The notes: generated by a model not told the origin, from the letters alone. Numbered from the stretch's first letter, positions 8,912-19,289 are shown. The stretch: 50,008 nt of DNA from Pseudobdellovibrionaceae bacterium (GCA_014378775.1 JACMMZ010000036.1:1-50008), one strand, 5' to 3'. Program-made: numbers and translations.

Positions 8912-10507
8912 ATGTTTGAATTAGAAGAAAACGTCAGCATCGGAGCCAGTATAAAAGTCGTAGGCGTTGGCGGCGGCGGAAGTAACGCCGTTACAACAAT
9001 GATTGAAAGTGGCATGACAGGCGTCGACTTTGTCGTGGCGAACACCGATATTCAAGCTTTGAATTCCAGCAAGGCCGGGCAAAAAATTCAGCTCGGGTTC
9101 GATTTAACTAAAGGATTAGGCGCAGGAGCTAATCCAGATGTGGGTCGTCGCAGTGCGATCGAATCCTACAATGAAATCGTTGAACAATTAAAGGGTGCAG
9201 ACATGGTTTTCGTCACGGCCGGCATGGGCGGTGGAACGGGAACGGGCGGAGCACCGATCGTTGCTAAAGTCGCGCGCGAATTAGGGGCTTTGACAATTGG
9301 TGTAGTGACTAAGCCCTTTATTTTTGAAGGTAAAAAAAGATCTAAACACGCCGATGCTGGTTTAGCTGAATTACGTGAAAACGTTGATGCTCTTATCGTT
9401 ATCCCCAATCAAAAACTTTTATCAATTTCTTCTGAAAAAACTCCGCTTTTAGACACGTTTAAAAAAGCCGATGAAGTTTTACTTCAGGCGGTTAAAGGTA
9501 TTTCAAATTTAATTAATATCCGTGGTCTGATCAATCTTGATTTTGCCGATATACGAACCGTTATGGCCAACAAGGGTTTAGCTCTTATGGGAACTGGTGC
9601 CGCTACTGGTGAAAATCGCGCGATCGAGGCAGCTACTCAAGCGATTTCTTCGCCATTACTGGAAAATGTAAAAATCGACGGAGCAACTGGTATAATCATT
9701 AACGTCACTGGTGGATCTGATCTTTCACTTTACGAAGTGAACGAAGCTTCAACATTAATTACGGAAGCAGCTAGCGAAGATGCAGAAGTCATCTTTGGTG
9801 CGGTTATTGATCCAACATTAAACGACGAAGTTCGTGTAACCGTTATTGCGACTGGCTTTGCTCGTGATGAAAAGAAAGATTCCACAAATGTTATGAATAG
9901 CATGCATTCTTTTCTAGGTGCTCCTACTTTAACTTTTGATTTAGGTGTAACACCTCAAGCGGCCATGCCGGCCATGACCCAAGAGCAGATGATGAAGATG
10001 ATGCAGCAGATGCAAGCGCAAATGTTGCAACAGAGCATGCAATTAACAGGAACTCCTTCAACCTCTACGCCAGCTCCGTTTGTACAAAATCCAGACCCGG
10101 TTCACGTGTTGCCTCCGATTGAAAACGTGCAGGAATCAGTGAAAACTTTTGCGGCGCAAGAACAAATGCCTTCAGAAATGATCATGACGACTCCGGCGAT
10201 TGAGCCTCAGTTTTCTCAGGATTTTTCTTCGGCCGTGTCTCCGGTAGCTACAAATACTATGGAAAGTTCCACCACGATTGCGCGCGATATGTTGTTAGCG
10301 AAAGCAAAAGCCTTTCGTGAAACGCAGCAGGGTGCCGGTAACAGCATGACAGCTCAGACGACGGAAGAAAAAGTTTTTCATCCTGAGCAATTGTCGATGA
10401 TGGATGATCAAAAACAAGTTGAAGAAGCTAAGAAAATGGCGCGCGATATTTTAGAAGTTCCGGCGTTCATCCGTAAAAAACAGGGATTTGACCTTCAACA
10501 AAGCTAA
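8912..10507 (+). CDS. ftsZ: Cell division protein FtsZ with long linker
   Basis: GVGGGG, tubulin signature GMGGGTGTG, INLDFAD, C-terminal core LEVPAFIRK; strong SD GGAGG. Confidence 0.98.
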   Translation: MFELEENVSIGASIKVVGVGGGGSNAVTTMIESGMTGVDFVVANTDIQALNSSKAGQKIQLGFDLTKGLGAGANPDVGRRSAIESYNEIVEQLKGADMVFVTAGMGGGTGTGGAPIVAKVARELGALTIGVVTKPFIFEGKKRSKHADAGLAELRENVDALIVIPNQKLLSISSEKTPLLDTFKKADEVLLQAVKGISNLINIRGLINLDFADIRTVMANKGLALMGTGAATGENRAIEAATQAISSPLLENVKIDGATGIIINVTGGSDLSLYEVNEASTLITEAASEDAEVIFGAVIDPTLNDEVRVTVIATGFARDEKKDSTNVMNSMHSFLGAPTLTFDLGVTPQAAMPAMTQEQMMKMMQQMQAQMLQQSMQLTGTPSTSTPAPFVQNPDPVHVLPPIENVQESVKTFAAQEQMPSEMIMTTPAIEPQFSQDFSSAVSPVATNTMESSTTIARDMLLAKAKAFRETQQGAGNSMTAQTTEEKVFHPEQLSMMDDQKQVEEAKKMARDILEVPAFIRKKQGFDLQQS

Positions 10508-10521
10508 TCGCGAGGATCAAT

Positions 10522-11262
10522 TTGAAATCTTGGTTTATCTCTGATCTTCATTTAAAAGATATCAAAGAGCGCAACAGTCAAATACTGTTGCGTTTTTTAT
10601 TGCGCTTAAATAGCGATCCGAAAAGTAATCAACTATTTTTACTCGGAGATATTTTTGATTTTTGGCTTTCCGACGGTCGGGCTTTTCAAAATAAATATCA
10701 AGCTATCATCGATGAAATTTTAAAATTCAAAAATAATGGTGGAAATGTTTATTATTTTGAGGGAAATCATGATTTTCACGTTGATATTTTTTGGACAAAA
10801 AAATACGGAATTCCGGTCATTGAAGATTTAGCTTATTTTAAAATCGGAAACTTCGAAACACGCTTAGAACACGGTGATTTTATTAATCCGCACGATCATA
10901 AGTATTTAAACTACCGGGCTTCTGTTAGGCGTCGTTGGGTTGAAACTATTGGTCATTTACTGCCAAGTTTTTTTCTTAAATGGTTAGGTGAAAGTCTCAG
11001 CAATAAGAGTCGTAAAAAATCAAAACAATATACAATTAATAATCAAAATGAAATTAAACAAATGATTCGGACTCACGGCGAAACCGTGTACCAAGAGAAA
11101 CCGTTTGATCTGATTATTACCGGTCACATGCATGTTCTAGACGATTACGTTTTTAGCGCAAACGGAAAATCTGTTCGTTCGATCAATCTGGGAACATGGC
11201 TGCACAAACCCATCGCCCTGAGGGTTGAGAATTCCTCGATTGATTGGGTTGTATTAGATTAG
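10522..11262 (+). CDS. lpxH: UDP-2,3-diacylglucosamine hydrolase (LpxH-like metallophosphoesterase)
   Basis: SDLH, LGDIFDFW, EGNHD, EHGD, GHMH, NLGTW motifs. Confidence 0.8.
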   Translation: MKSWFISDLHLKDIKERNSQILLRFLLRLNSDPKSNQLFLLGDIFDFWLSDGRAFQNKYQAIIDEILKFKNNGGNVYYFEGNHDFHVDIFWTKKYGIPVIEDLAYFKIGNFETRLEHGDFINPHDHKYLNYRASVRRRWVETIGHLLPSFFLKWLGESLSNKSRKKSKQYTINNQNEIKQMIRTHGETVYQEKPFDLIITGHMHVLDDYVFSANGKSVRSINLGTWLHKPIALRVENSSIDWVVLD

Positions 11263-11987
11263 AAATTAAATGAATACGTTACGACGCCGCTGATGCCAGA
11301 TAATTTAGTACTGACGTCATCACCACTCGAATTTTCGAGCTCTCGGTTCAGAGCGCCCTGACTAATTCCATCAGGTAAAGCGCCAGATGAACTTGTAACT
11401 TTATTTCGATCGATAGGTAAATAACGGTAATTTCCTTCGACCCCGAAGCAATGTTGAGCAAAAAAACAAAAATCTGCACCCACTCCAACTTGCGTACCAA
11501 AACTCGAACCGCTGAATGAAACCTTACGGGCCCCGTTTGTGATCGTTCCGTCTAATTTTCCGTATCCCATTCCACCTTGAATATAAAAATCGATCACGTC
11601 ATTACTTAAGGGAATGAAACGAATTAAAGGAAATACCGAGTAACCATTTAAACTGTAATCATAAGATCCACCGGTTCCGCTTCCGTTTGAAACTTGTGAG
11701 AAAAAGGCTGGGCGAAGCTGAATTGCAACGAAGTTATTTGCAAAGCGATATGTGGCAAATCCCAAATACTCGGTGGCAGAATTCATTTCGCCGGTTGTTG
11801 CGCCTGAATTGGTTTTCGCCGTGCGAATAGCTTCGTTCAGGCCATCTTGTTCAAATGATCCCAAGCCAATTCCAACGCCGAGAGAAAAAGTTCCCCCTTT
11901 CAAGACGCGGCCCCCACCGGCTTTTCTTAATGCGAATACGTTCAGACTTAAAAAAATAACGGCAAATAAAGTCGCTAACGATTTCAT
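11259..11987 (-). CDS. Small outer-membrane beta-barrel protein
   Basis: ATG 11987 with SD GGAGG; signal peptide (VFA), alternating strands, C-terminal YSFNF. The track's 12140 start is likely over-extended. Confidence 0.8.
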   Translation of the reverse strand: MKSLATLFAVIFLSLNVFALRKAGGGRVLKGGTFSLGVGIGLGSFEQDGLNEAIRTAKTNSGATTGEMNSATEYLGFATYRFANNFVAIQLRPAFFSQVSNGSGTGGSYDYSLNGYSVFPLIRFIPLSNDVIDFYIQGGMGYGKLDGTITNGARKVSFSGSSFGTQVGVGADFCFFAQHCFGVEGNYRYLPIDRNKVTSSSGALPDGISQGALNRELENSSGDDVSTKLSGISGVVTYSFNF

Positions 11988-12146
11988 GGTTTCCTCCGTG
12001 GCAAGACTTAGTTGATCTGCTTCATTCTTCCTTAAATCGTAAGGAGGATCAAACAGTTGATCGTTGTCTAGTCTTGATATACAGACCTTGGTAATATTTA
12101 AACTTAAAATTTCGACCCGCGTAACCGGTTTGTGTACCATAGAGCT

Positions 12147-13958
12147 ATGTCAAAAAATATGTCTTTCATGTTGTTTCTATTCTTAGGATTCATTATTTCT
12201 TGTCAAAGTACTCCCATTCAAAATCGACAAACCGCTAACGTGATTCCTGCGGCTGAAAAAAAAGGGCGCCATTTTATCATTACGGTTCACGGAATTCGCG
12301 AAGAAGAAACTCGTTTCGGGCAAATCGAAAAAGTTCTTATTTCTCATTTGCAAGAATTACGTCCGGGAATCGATTACAAATTTTTGCAATTTCGTTATCC
12401 GACGGGATCCGACACCAATGTTTATGATTTTGCGTACAATCACCTCAGTCGCTTCTTGAATGAAAACATAAAAAATCCTACTGCCAACGACAGTATCGTT
12501 TTCATTGCGCATTCCCAAGGGGGCCTGGTCGTTGATGTGTGGAAGGCGGGGGCTCAGTTCGGATTTATTCCAGATCAGAAATATAAACACGTTTTAAAAG
12601 ATCAATTTTATTCGCAGATCACCGATCAAGTGATCACGTTGGGGACACCTTTTTGGGGATCGAACCAAGCTAAATTCGCACTTAATTTAAATCTTCTGAA
12701 ATCAGATTACGATCAGGAATTAAAAGGAATGGTGTTTAATTCCGATTTGATCCTGTGGCTGCGCTATCTTGCGGTAGAAATATCGAAGCAAACAGCATTC
12801 GATCCTACTCGCTACACAAATATTTCAGGCATTCTTTCCAACCACCGGAATAAACTGTTTTATCAAAAAGACGTTATTCATGGCGGAAAAGGCCAGATGA
12901 TAGCGAATGTGGCCTTTGCTTTAATCCGAGGAGTGGTTAAAAGACATTCTTTTTCATCCGAAAAAATCAATTCACGCGAACCGGATCGTTTTGAATCAGA
13001 TTTGACCGTCATTGTTCCCAGCGGCCGGGCCTCATTTTATAATGTAGAAAAAAAATTGACCTGCGAAAACGACACGGTTCAAGCGGAAGAATTTTCCACG
13101 GTGAGCTTATTTAAACCGGCCCATTACATTCTGGCTGAGGGTGTTCACTCCACCTTAGTTTCTCAGCGCACGCGCGGGATTTCCGACGTACCGGCTTTTT
13201 GTATCGACCCTAATAAATGTGTTCATCCTACTTATCGATACGTCCTTAACCTTATCGCAGATTGTGAACGTCTCAACTGTAGCCCTGAAGCGAAAGCACG
13301 AATCTTAGATAAGATGTTTGAAGTAAATCAAGTAGACACTGAATATAATAAAATCTTGACCGCCGGAATCGATCTTCAAGGTTTTTCACTTGATCTTAAT
13401 TTGCAAGTACCGCCTGATTATGAACTTCCGGAAAAGTATTTCCGCGATCTTCCGTATACAGAAACAGAAACGGAAGAATTTGATTCTGAAGGAAATGCCA
13501 TCACCGTGACTCGCCGTAAAGCCGTTCCTTTATCCGATCGTAGGATAGAAAATAAAAAGCTCGTCAGAGAAATCATTCAGCTGGATGGTTCCAAAATGGG
13601 TGAGGACTTATTACAAATGACCGACATTAGAATTATTCGACGCCGTGAAGGAATGTCGGGATTAGCCTGCTGGGGAAAGGCCGATCTTTGTTCGAACGCC
13701 CGAGAGCTTCGGTTGCACATTACTGGTTGGATCAAGCCTAAATCGCTGGAAGTGGTCAAAAAATATCAGGAAAGCCTTATAGAAAAGTACCGCGATGGCT
13801 TGGTGCTGCCTTTTACGATTCAATTGCCGGCCACTGCAAAATACAGTTTCAAAAAAGCCACATTGTTTGGTCGTATTCGCCCCGGCTATTCTACTTTCGC
13901 AAAACTTGATCTTTCCGAAACAAATAATTGCACTCAAAATTCACCGGTCAAAGATTAG
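12147..13958 (+). CDS. Alpha/beta-hydrolase lipoprotein (lipase/esterase-like) with unassigned C-terminal domain
   Basis: Lipobox IISC, TVHGI, nucleophile AHSQGG, TLGTPFWGS, SDLTV, GVHS; exact start uncertain. Confidence 0.75.
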   Translation: MSKNMSFMLFLFLGFIISCQSTPIQNRQTANVIPAAEKKGRHFIITVHGIREEETRFGQIEKVLISHLQELRPGIDYKFLQFRYPTGSDTNVYDFAYNHLSRFLNENIKNPTANDSIVFIAHSQGGLVVDVWKAGAQFGFIPDQKYKHVLKDQFYSQITDQVITLGTPFWGSNQAKFALNLNLLKSDYDQELKGMVFNSDLILWLRYLAVEISKQTAFDPTRYTNISGILSNHRNKLFYQKDVIHGGKGQMIANVAFALIRGVVKRHSFSSEKINSREPDRFESDLTVIVPSGRASFYNVEKKLTCENDTVQAEEFSTVSLFKPAHYILAEGVHSTLVSQRTRGISDVPAFCIDPNKCVHPTYRYVLNLIADCERLNCSPEAKARILDKMFEVNQVDTEYNKILTAGIDLQGFSLDLNLQVPPDYELPEKYFRDLPYTETETEEFDSEGNAITVTRRKAVPLSDRRIENKKLVREIIQLDGSKMGEDLLQMTDIRIIRRREGMSGLACWGKADLCSNARELRLHITGWIKPKSLEVVKKYQESLIEKYRDGLVLPFTIQLPATAKYSFKKATLFGRIRPGYSTFAKLDLSETNNCTQNSPVKD

Positions 13959-14034
13959 ATCTAGAAAAAAGACGTTTACATCAATCTTGAGTTAGCGTAG
14001 TTCTGTAAGAAATAACTGATTTAAAGGAGATCTC

Positions 14035-14523
14035 TTGAAAACGCTTTTACTTGCCGCTTTATTATTTTCCCTGCCAACTTTAGCCGCTGATATCAAAATG
14101 TTAGAAATCAAATCGGATGTGGACGGAAACCAAACCGCGACCATTTTGATTCAAGCTTTAACCGATTCGACCATTCAAAACGTGGTTTACAGCAATCCGA
14201 TAAAGCCGACTCAAACTTGGACCGTATCGTCTTTAAATCAAAATAAAGTCGTAATCATCGAGAAAAAAGGCGTAGCAGTTGTTGAAATTTCTGCGAAAAC
14301 CCTCACCAAGAACAGCTTTCTTTTCAATATTAATTTTCTTTATAAATACGGTATATTCGGAAGTGATCGTCGATTAAAACAACTGAAAATGTTTTACGTG
14401 GCTCCAAGTAATTTATACCAAACCATGGATGTGGATACGAATAAAATCATCACCAACGCCATTTTCATCGCGCGCATGGAAGGCGATAAGCAAAAGGGCA
14501 TCGAACGCATTGATACTTATTAA
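14035..14523 (+). CDS. Hypothetical secreted protein
   Basis: TTG start with SD AAGGAG, signal peptide (TLA-A), beta-rich; followed by a terminator. Confidence 0.75.
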   Translation: MKTLLLAALLFSLPTLAADIKMLEIKSDVDGNQTATILIQALTDSTIQNVVYSNPIKPTQTWTVSSLNQNKVVIIEKKGVAVVEISAKTLTKNSFLFNINFLYKYGIFGSDRRLKQLKMFYVAPSNLYQTMDVDTNKIITNAIFIARMEGDKQKGIERIDTY

Positions 14524-14543
14524 CTGTTAAGATCTATATAACT

Positions 14544-14576
14544 AAAAAAGGCGGATTTAAAAATCCGCTTTTTTTT
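14544..14576. terminator. Bidirectional intrinsic terminator
   Basis: A6-G-GCGGATT-TAAA-AATCCGC-T8 between convergent genes. Confidence 0.85.
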
Positions 14577-14579
14577 AAT

Positions 14580-16289
14580 TTAAACGGCATTCTCTTTCAA
14601 AAGCTGCTCGGCATGCGCTAATGATGTTTTCGAAATTTTCTCTCCCGAAATTAATTTTGCAATCTCCTCTACCCGGGCTTTTTTATTTAATTCGATAACC
14701 GTCATCTCGGCCTGATCCTTATTCGTTATTTTTTGAATCGAAAAATGCACATCACCACAAGCCGCCACCTGAGGCAAATGGGTCACGCAGATCACTTGCT
14801 GACCCTTAGCAATCTCTTTCAATTTTTTACCGACTTTTTCTGCCGTATTACCGCTGACACCAGTATCAACTTCATCAAAAAGATAAGTTCGAGGCAGATC
14901 CTGTAAGCTGTTAATTTTACCCACAGCGGTTTTTAAAGCTAAAAGGATCCGAGACAATTCTCCGCCGGAAGAAACCTTCGCAATTGGGCGTTTAGGATCT
15001 TTAGGGGACGTTTGAGATAAGAACTCAACTTCACTGTTACCAGTGGCGGTCAAATGGGGCAAAGAATTGACCTGGATATCAAAAGTAACGCCTTTCATAT
15101 TCAGATCTGAAAGCTGAGCGTTGACCTTTTGAACCAGCTGGGTGCACTTGCTGGTTCGAATTTTATGCAGATCATCGGCTTTTTTCTTTAATTCCAAATT
15201 CAAAATAGCTGCTTGTTTTTTCAATTTTTCCACGTGAGCCTCTGAATTTTCTAATGCAGAAATTTCAGTTTCCATATTTTCAAAATGAGTGGCTAATTGA
15301 CTTAAGTCATCGCCATGCTTTTTTTGAAGTTTTCGAATTTGACTCAAACGAGCTTCTTTTTGATCCAATGATGTCGGATCGGTATCAATTTTTTTGGTGT
15401 AATTTTGAATTGAATAAACTGTCTCATCAATCAACGTCATGGCCTGATTTAAACCTTGGATTTTATCAGCGATGTTTGCATCCACATTACTTAATTCCAC
15501 GGATTTTTTCAGCAGTGTCTTTAATCGCGCCGTCACGCTGTCGTCATCTTGAAAAATCAACTGATCGCACAAGTCAGAGAACTGCAAAACTTTGGAAGAA
15601 TTTTTTAAAAGTTTAATCTCGGTTTCTAATTGAGCATCTTTTTCTGGCTGCAAATTCAATTGACTGAATTCTTTGGATTGAAATTTCAAGAAATCCAAGC
15701 GTTCATTTTTCGTTGCGAAGTTTTTTTCAAAATCCGAAATTTTTTGATTTAACTGCGTGAATTCCTGAAATTGTCGATCGTAAGCATGTCGTTTATCCCA
15801 AACTCCGGCATATTGATCCACCAAATCCAGATGATACTGTTTTGAAAGAAGATTTCGGTTATCGTGCTGGCCAGTCATTTCAATCAACGGAGCATTATGG
15901 CCGGTCACTTCAATTAAAGGCGCAACGAAGTCTCGTAATTGAGATAGCGGACTTAAAGAACCATTTAAAAAAACCTTCGATTTATCACCGGCTGAAATTA
16001 TACGGCGAACGATTAACTTGTGGTCTTCGATATCTATTCCAAGTTCATGAAGTTTTTCTCGTAAATCCGGGCGAGCGCGCAAATTAAACACGCCTTCGAC
16101 CGTAGCTTGAGTGCAGCCTGTGCGAATGGTGTCGGAAGAGGCTTTCTCGCCCATCAAAAGCGCTAAGCTTTTCAGTAAGACAGATTTTCCCGAGCCGGTC
16201 TCACCGGATAAAATGTTAAGTCCATTTTGAAATTCGATATGAAGAGAATCAATGATGGCGAACTGTGAGACTTTAAGTTCCTGAAGCAT
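14580..16289 (-). CDS. recN: DNA repair protein RecN
   Basis: Walker A GETGSGKS, GQHD, coiled coil, SSGGELSR, FDEVDTG, CVTHLPQVAA; ATG 16289 has SD GGAG. Confidence 0.96.
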   Translation of the reverse strand: MLQELKVSQFAIIDSLHIEFQNGLNILSGETGSGKSVLLKSLALLMGEKASSDTIRTGCTQATVEGVFNLRARPDLREKLHELGIDIEDHKLIVRRIISAGDKSKVFLNGSLSPLSQLRDFVAPLIEVTGHNAPLIEMTGQHDNRNLLSKQYHLDLVDQYAGVWDKRHAYDRQFQEFTQLNQKISDFEKNFATKNERLDFLKFQSKEFSQLNLQPEKDAQLETEIKLLKNSSKVLQFSDLCDQLIFQDDDSVTARLKTLLKKSVELSNVDANIADKIQGLNQAMTLIDETVYSIQNYTKKIDTDPTSLDQKEARLSQIRKLQKKHGDDLSQLATHFENMETEISALENSEAHVEKLKKQAAILNLELKKKADDLHKIRTSKCTQLVQKVNAQLSDLNMKGVTFDIQVNSLPHLTATGNSEVEFLSQTSPKDPKRPIAKVSSGGELSRILLALKTAVGKINSLQDLPRTYLFDEVDTGVSGNTAEKVGKKLKEIAKGQQVICVTHLPQVAACGDVHFSIQKITNKDQAEMTVIELNKKARVEEIAKLISGEKISKTSLAHAEQLLKENAV

Positions 16290-17172
16290 AGCGATCTCCA
16301 AATTTTAATTTTTCTTTTAAAAGATTAAAAAAGTTATGGTTTGGTTTGCGAATCATCAAATGATTTTTTTCACAGCGAGTGATAGTGACTTCGTCTTCCG
16401 GCGAAAGTTCGAGGACTTTTTGTCCATCAATAATTAAATGGGCGGTGCTGGTTTGTTTTTCTAATTTGAGTGTGAGAGCTTGGTGATCCGGAAAAATCAA
16501 CGGGCGGCTCGATAACGAATGCGGAGCAACCGCGGTGACTACAATGGCTTTAACTTCTGGGTGAAGTATTGGGCCGCCGGCGGCTAAGTTATACGCGGTC
16601 GATCCTGTTGGAGTCGAAATAATGAGACCATCGGCTTTGATATTGTTTACAAAGTTTTTATCATAATACACCGAAGTGCTGATCAACTGAGAAAACGATC
16701 CTCGCTCAATTACAATATCATTTAATGCATCAAAGGCCACTTTTTTACCTGATTTCAATTTCACCGAAGTGTGCAGGCGGCTGCGCGATTCCAGCACCAT
16801 ATCATTTTTCAAAGTTTGATTGATCACTTCAAAAATTTCGCTAACCGGATGCGAAGTCAAAAACCCCAACGATCCCATATTAAATCCTAAAATCGGAACC
16901 GGGTGACCGCGCAGAAGTCTCACCGCACGTAAATACGTTCCGTCTCCACCTAATACGATGATCAAGCTCATGTCTTTAAGTTCATTTGAACTAACCACGG
17001 TTTTTGTTCCCGCAATGGTTTTTTGCTCAGGCGCCGTGTACAAATCATATTTTTTAGCTTTGAGCATTTCTGAAACTTTTTTAGCCATCTTAACTGCATC
17101 GACTGAATGAATCCGGTAAACGATGGCTATTTTTTTATTTGATTTAAGCGATAATTTTTTTTCTTTCATCAT
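16273..17172 (-). CDS. nadK: NAD kinase
   Basis: LGGDGT, GSLGFL, LND, ADGLIISTPTGSTAY; conserved nadK-recN adjacency. Confidence 0.96.
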   Translation of the reverse strand: MMKEKKLSLKSNKKIAIVYRIHSVDAVKMAKKVSEMLKAKKYDLYTAPEQKTIAGTKTVVSSNELKDMSLIIVLGGDGTYLRAVRLLRGHPVPILGFNMGSLGFLTSHPVSEIFEVINQTLKNDMVLESRSRLHTSVKLKSGKKVAFDALNDIVIERGSFSQLISTSVYYDKNFVNNIKADGLIISTPTGSTAYNLAAGGPILHPEVKAIVVTAVAPHSLSSRPLIFPDHQALTLKLEKQTSTAHLIIDGQKVLELSPEDEVTITRCEKNHLMIRKPNHNFFNLLKEKLKFGDRYASGT

Positions 17173-17178
17173 CAGTCC

Positions 17179-19215
17179 TTAAATCAAACCATCGCGACGA
17201 AGTAATGAATTGGCATCGGGCTCTCGGCCGCGAAATTCCACATAGAGCTTCATCGGATGATCCGTTCCACCGCGGCTTAAAATAGAATTTTTAAACTGAG
17301 TAGCCACTTGAGAATTAAATAAACCCTGCTCTTTAAAATATTCAAAAGCATCCGCATCTAAAACTTCAGCCCATTTATAAGAATAATATCCGGCTCCGTA
17401 ACCTCCGGCAAAAATATGACTGAAACTGCAGGATTGGGTGGTATTCGGTTCTTTCGGCATCACGCGCGTGTTCGCAGTGGCTTTTTCTTCAAAGGCTTCC
17501 ACGCTGGTAATGCTGTTAGGATCTGTGGTGTACCAATTCATATCCAACAAACCAAATGAAACTTGGCGGAGACTTGTGAAACCGGATTGAAAATTTTCCG
17601 CTTTTTTTATTTTTGAAATCAATTCAGCCGGGAGCAAATCATTTGTTTCAAAATGTTTGGCAAATAAATCTAAGCCTTCTTTTTCTTTGGCCCAGTTTTC
17701 CATAATTTGCGAAGGAAGCTCTACAAAATCCCAGTATACATTGGTTCCTGCAAGGGATTTATACTTACACTTCGATAATAACCCATGTAATGCATGACCG
17801 AATTCATGAAACAAAGTGGTCACTTCGTTGTAATCTAATAATGAGGGTTTAGTGTCCGTTGGTTTTGTAAAATTACACACGATGCTGACGTGAGGGCGCT
17901 TAACGACAGAGCCCCAAAGCCCCTGTTCGCGAAAACTTGTCATCCAGGCGCCGCCTTTTTTAGTTTCGCGCGGAAAAAAGTCCATATAAAATAAACCAAC
18001 GTAACCATCTTGATCCGTGACCTCGAACGTTTTTACGTCAGGATGATAGGTCGGGTAACCGGATACTGGTTGGAAAGTTAATCCATAAAGGCGTTTGGCG
18101 TGTTCGAAAACGCCTTCGATCACATTTTCTAATTTAAAATACGGGCGAAGCTCCTCGGCATTAAACGAATATTTTTGCTCTTTTAATTTTTCCGAGTAGT
18201 AAGCAAAATCCCACGGCTTAATTTCATCCTCACCATCGATTTGCTTTTTAAAACCGCGAACTTCGGCTAGATCTTTTTCCGCCGCCATCTTTGAAGGAGT
18301 TAAAATTTTATTTAAAAAATTAAAAACTGTTTCAGGTTTTTCTGCCATACGCTCTTGAAGAACGTAATCGGCATAATTTTTATAACCTAACAACTGGGCT
18401 CGGTCGTATTTCAATTTAACAATTTTCAAAATGATTTCTTGATTATCAAAAAGTCCACCGAAGCATTTACTGGCGTTGGCTTTCCAGAGTTTTTCGCGAA
18501 GCGTGCGATTAGACGCGTAAGTTAAAAACGGAATCAATGACGGCGCGTTCAACGTGATCAGCCATTTCCCTTTTTGGCCTTTTTGCTCAGCGGAAATAGC
18601 GGCGGCTTCAATAGCGCCATCAGGAAGACCGGCAAGGTCTTCTTTTCGATCGATCCACAATTCAAAAGCGTTGGTGGCTTTCAAAACATTTTCGGAAAAC
18701 TTTGGAGACAAAACGGAAAGATCCTGATCGATCTGTCGTAGTTTTTGTTTATCAGTTTCTGATAGCAGAGCTCCATTACGACTAAAATCTTTAAACATTT
18801 TTTCTGTCAAACTGAGTTCTTCGCCGCTTAATTTCAAATCTTTACGGTGATCGAAAACAAATTTAATTTTTTGAAAAATCTCGCCGTCCAAAGAAATATC
18901 CGAAGAAAAATTAGAAAGCAGCGGTGAAATTTCTTGCGCTAAGGCTTGATGAGCTTCTGAAGCTTCCGCGGAAAAAAGATTAAAATAAACTCCAGAGATA
19001 GTATCCACTTTTTCGGAAACCTGCTCTAAGGCCAAAATGGTGTTTTCGAACGTGGCTTCTTGGTTTTTTTTGATTTGTGAAAAGTTGGCTTTGGCTTCGT
19101 CAATAGCGACGTGCAGAGCAGGCATGAAGTGTTCTGTTTTGATGAGATCAAAAGGAACAGCTTCGTCTTTATTGGCAAATTTTTGAAGTAAGGGATTTTG
19201 CGCTGAATTCGTCAT
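17179..19215 (-). CDS. M3A metallopeptidase (Dcp/oligopeptidase A family)
   Basis: HEFGH, DFVELPSQ, FSHIFAGGYGAGYYSYKWAEVLD; ATG 19215 has SD AGGAG. Confidence 0.93.
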   Translation of the reverse strand: MTNSAQNPLLQKFANKDEAVPFDLIKTEHFMPALHVAIDEAKANFSQIKKNQEATFENTILALEQVSEKVDTISGVYFNLFSAEASEAHQALAQEISPLLSNFSSDISLDGEIFQKIKFVFDHRKDLKLSGEELSLTEKMFKDFSRNGALLSETDKQKLRQIDQDLSVLSPKFSENVLKATNAFELWIDRKEDLAGLPDGAIEAAAISAEQKGQKGKWLITLNAPSLIPFLTYASNRTLREKLWKANASKCFGGLFDNQEIILKIVKLKYDRAQLLGYKNYADYVLQERMAEKPETVFNFLNKILTPSKMAAEKDLAEVRGFKKQIDGEDEIKPWDFAYYSEKLKEQKYSFNAEELRPYFKLENVIEGVFEHAKRLYGLTFQPVSGYPTYHPDVKTFEVTDQDGYVGLFYMDFFPRETKKGGAWMTSFREQGLWGSVVKRPHVSIVCNFTKPTDTKPSLLDYNEVTTLFHEFGHALHGLLSKCKYKSLAGTNVYWDFVELPSQIMENWAKEKEGLDLFAKHFETNDLLPAELISKIKKAENFQSGFTSLRQVSFGLLDMNWYTTDPNSITSVEAFEEKATANTRVMPKEPNTTQSCSFSHIFAGGYGAGYYSYKWAEVLDADAFEYFKEQGLFNSQVATQFKNSILSRGGTDHPMKLYVEFRGREPDANSLLRRDGLI

Positions 19216-19234
19216 GATCATCTCCTGAGGTGTA

Positions 19235-19265
19235 AGTGAATAGGCTAGCACCAGGCCTATTCACT
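19235..19265. repeat. 11-bp perfect inverted repeat (hairpin or operator)
   Basis: AGTGAATAGGC-N9-GCCTATTCACT, no U-tract on either side. Confidence 0.7.
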
Positions 19266-19289
19266 GTCGAGATGTCGCGCGCCGAAATT

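Noticed and set aside
19235-19265. CIRCE element (9-nt spacer, TAGCAC in the loop)
   Set aside because: The arms do not match TTAGCACTC-N9-GAGTGCTAA.
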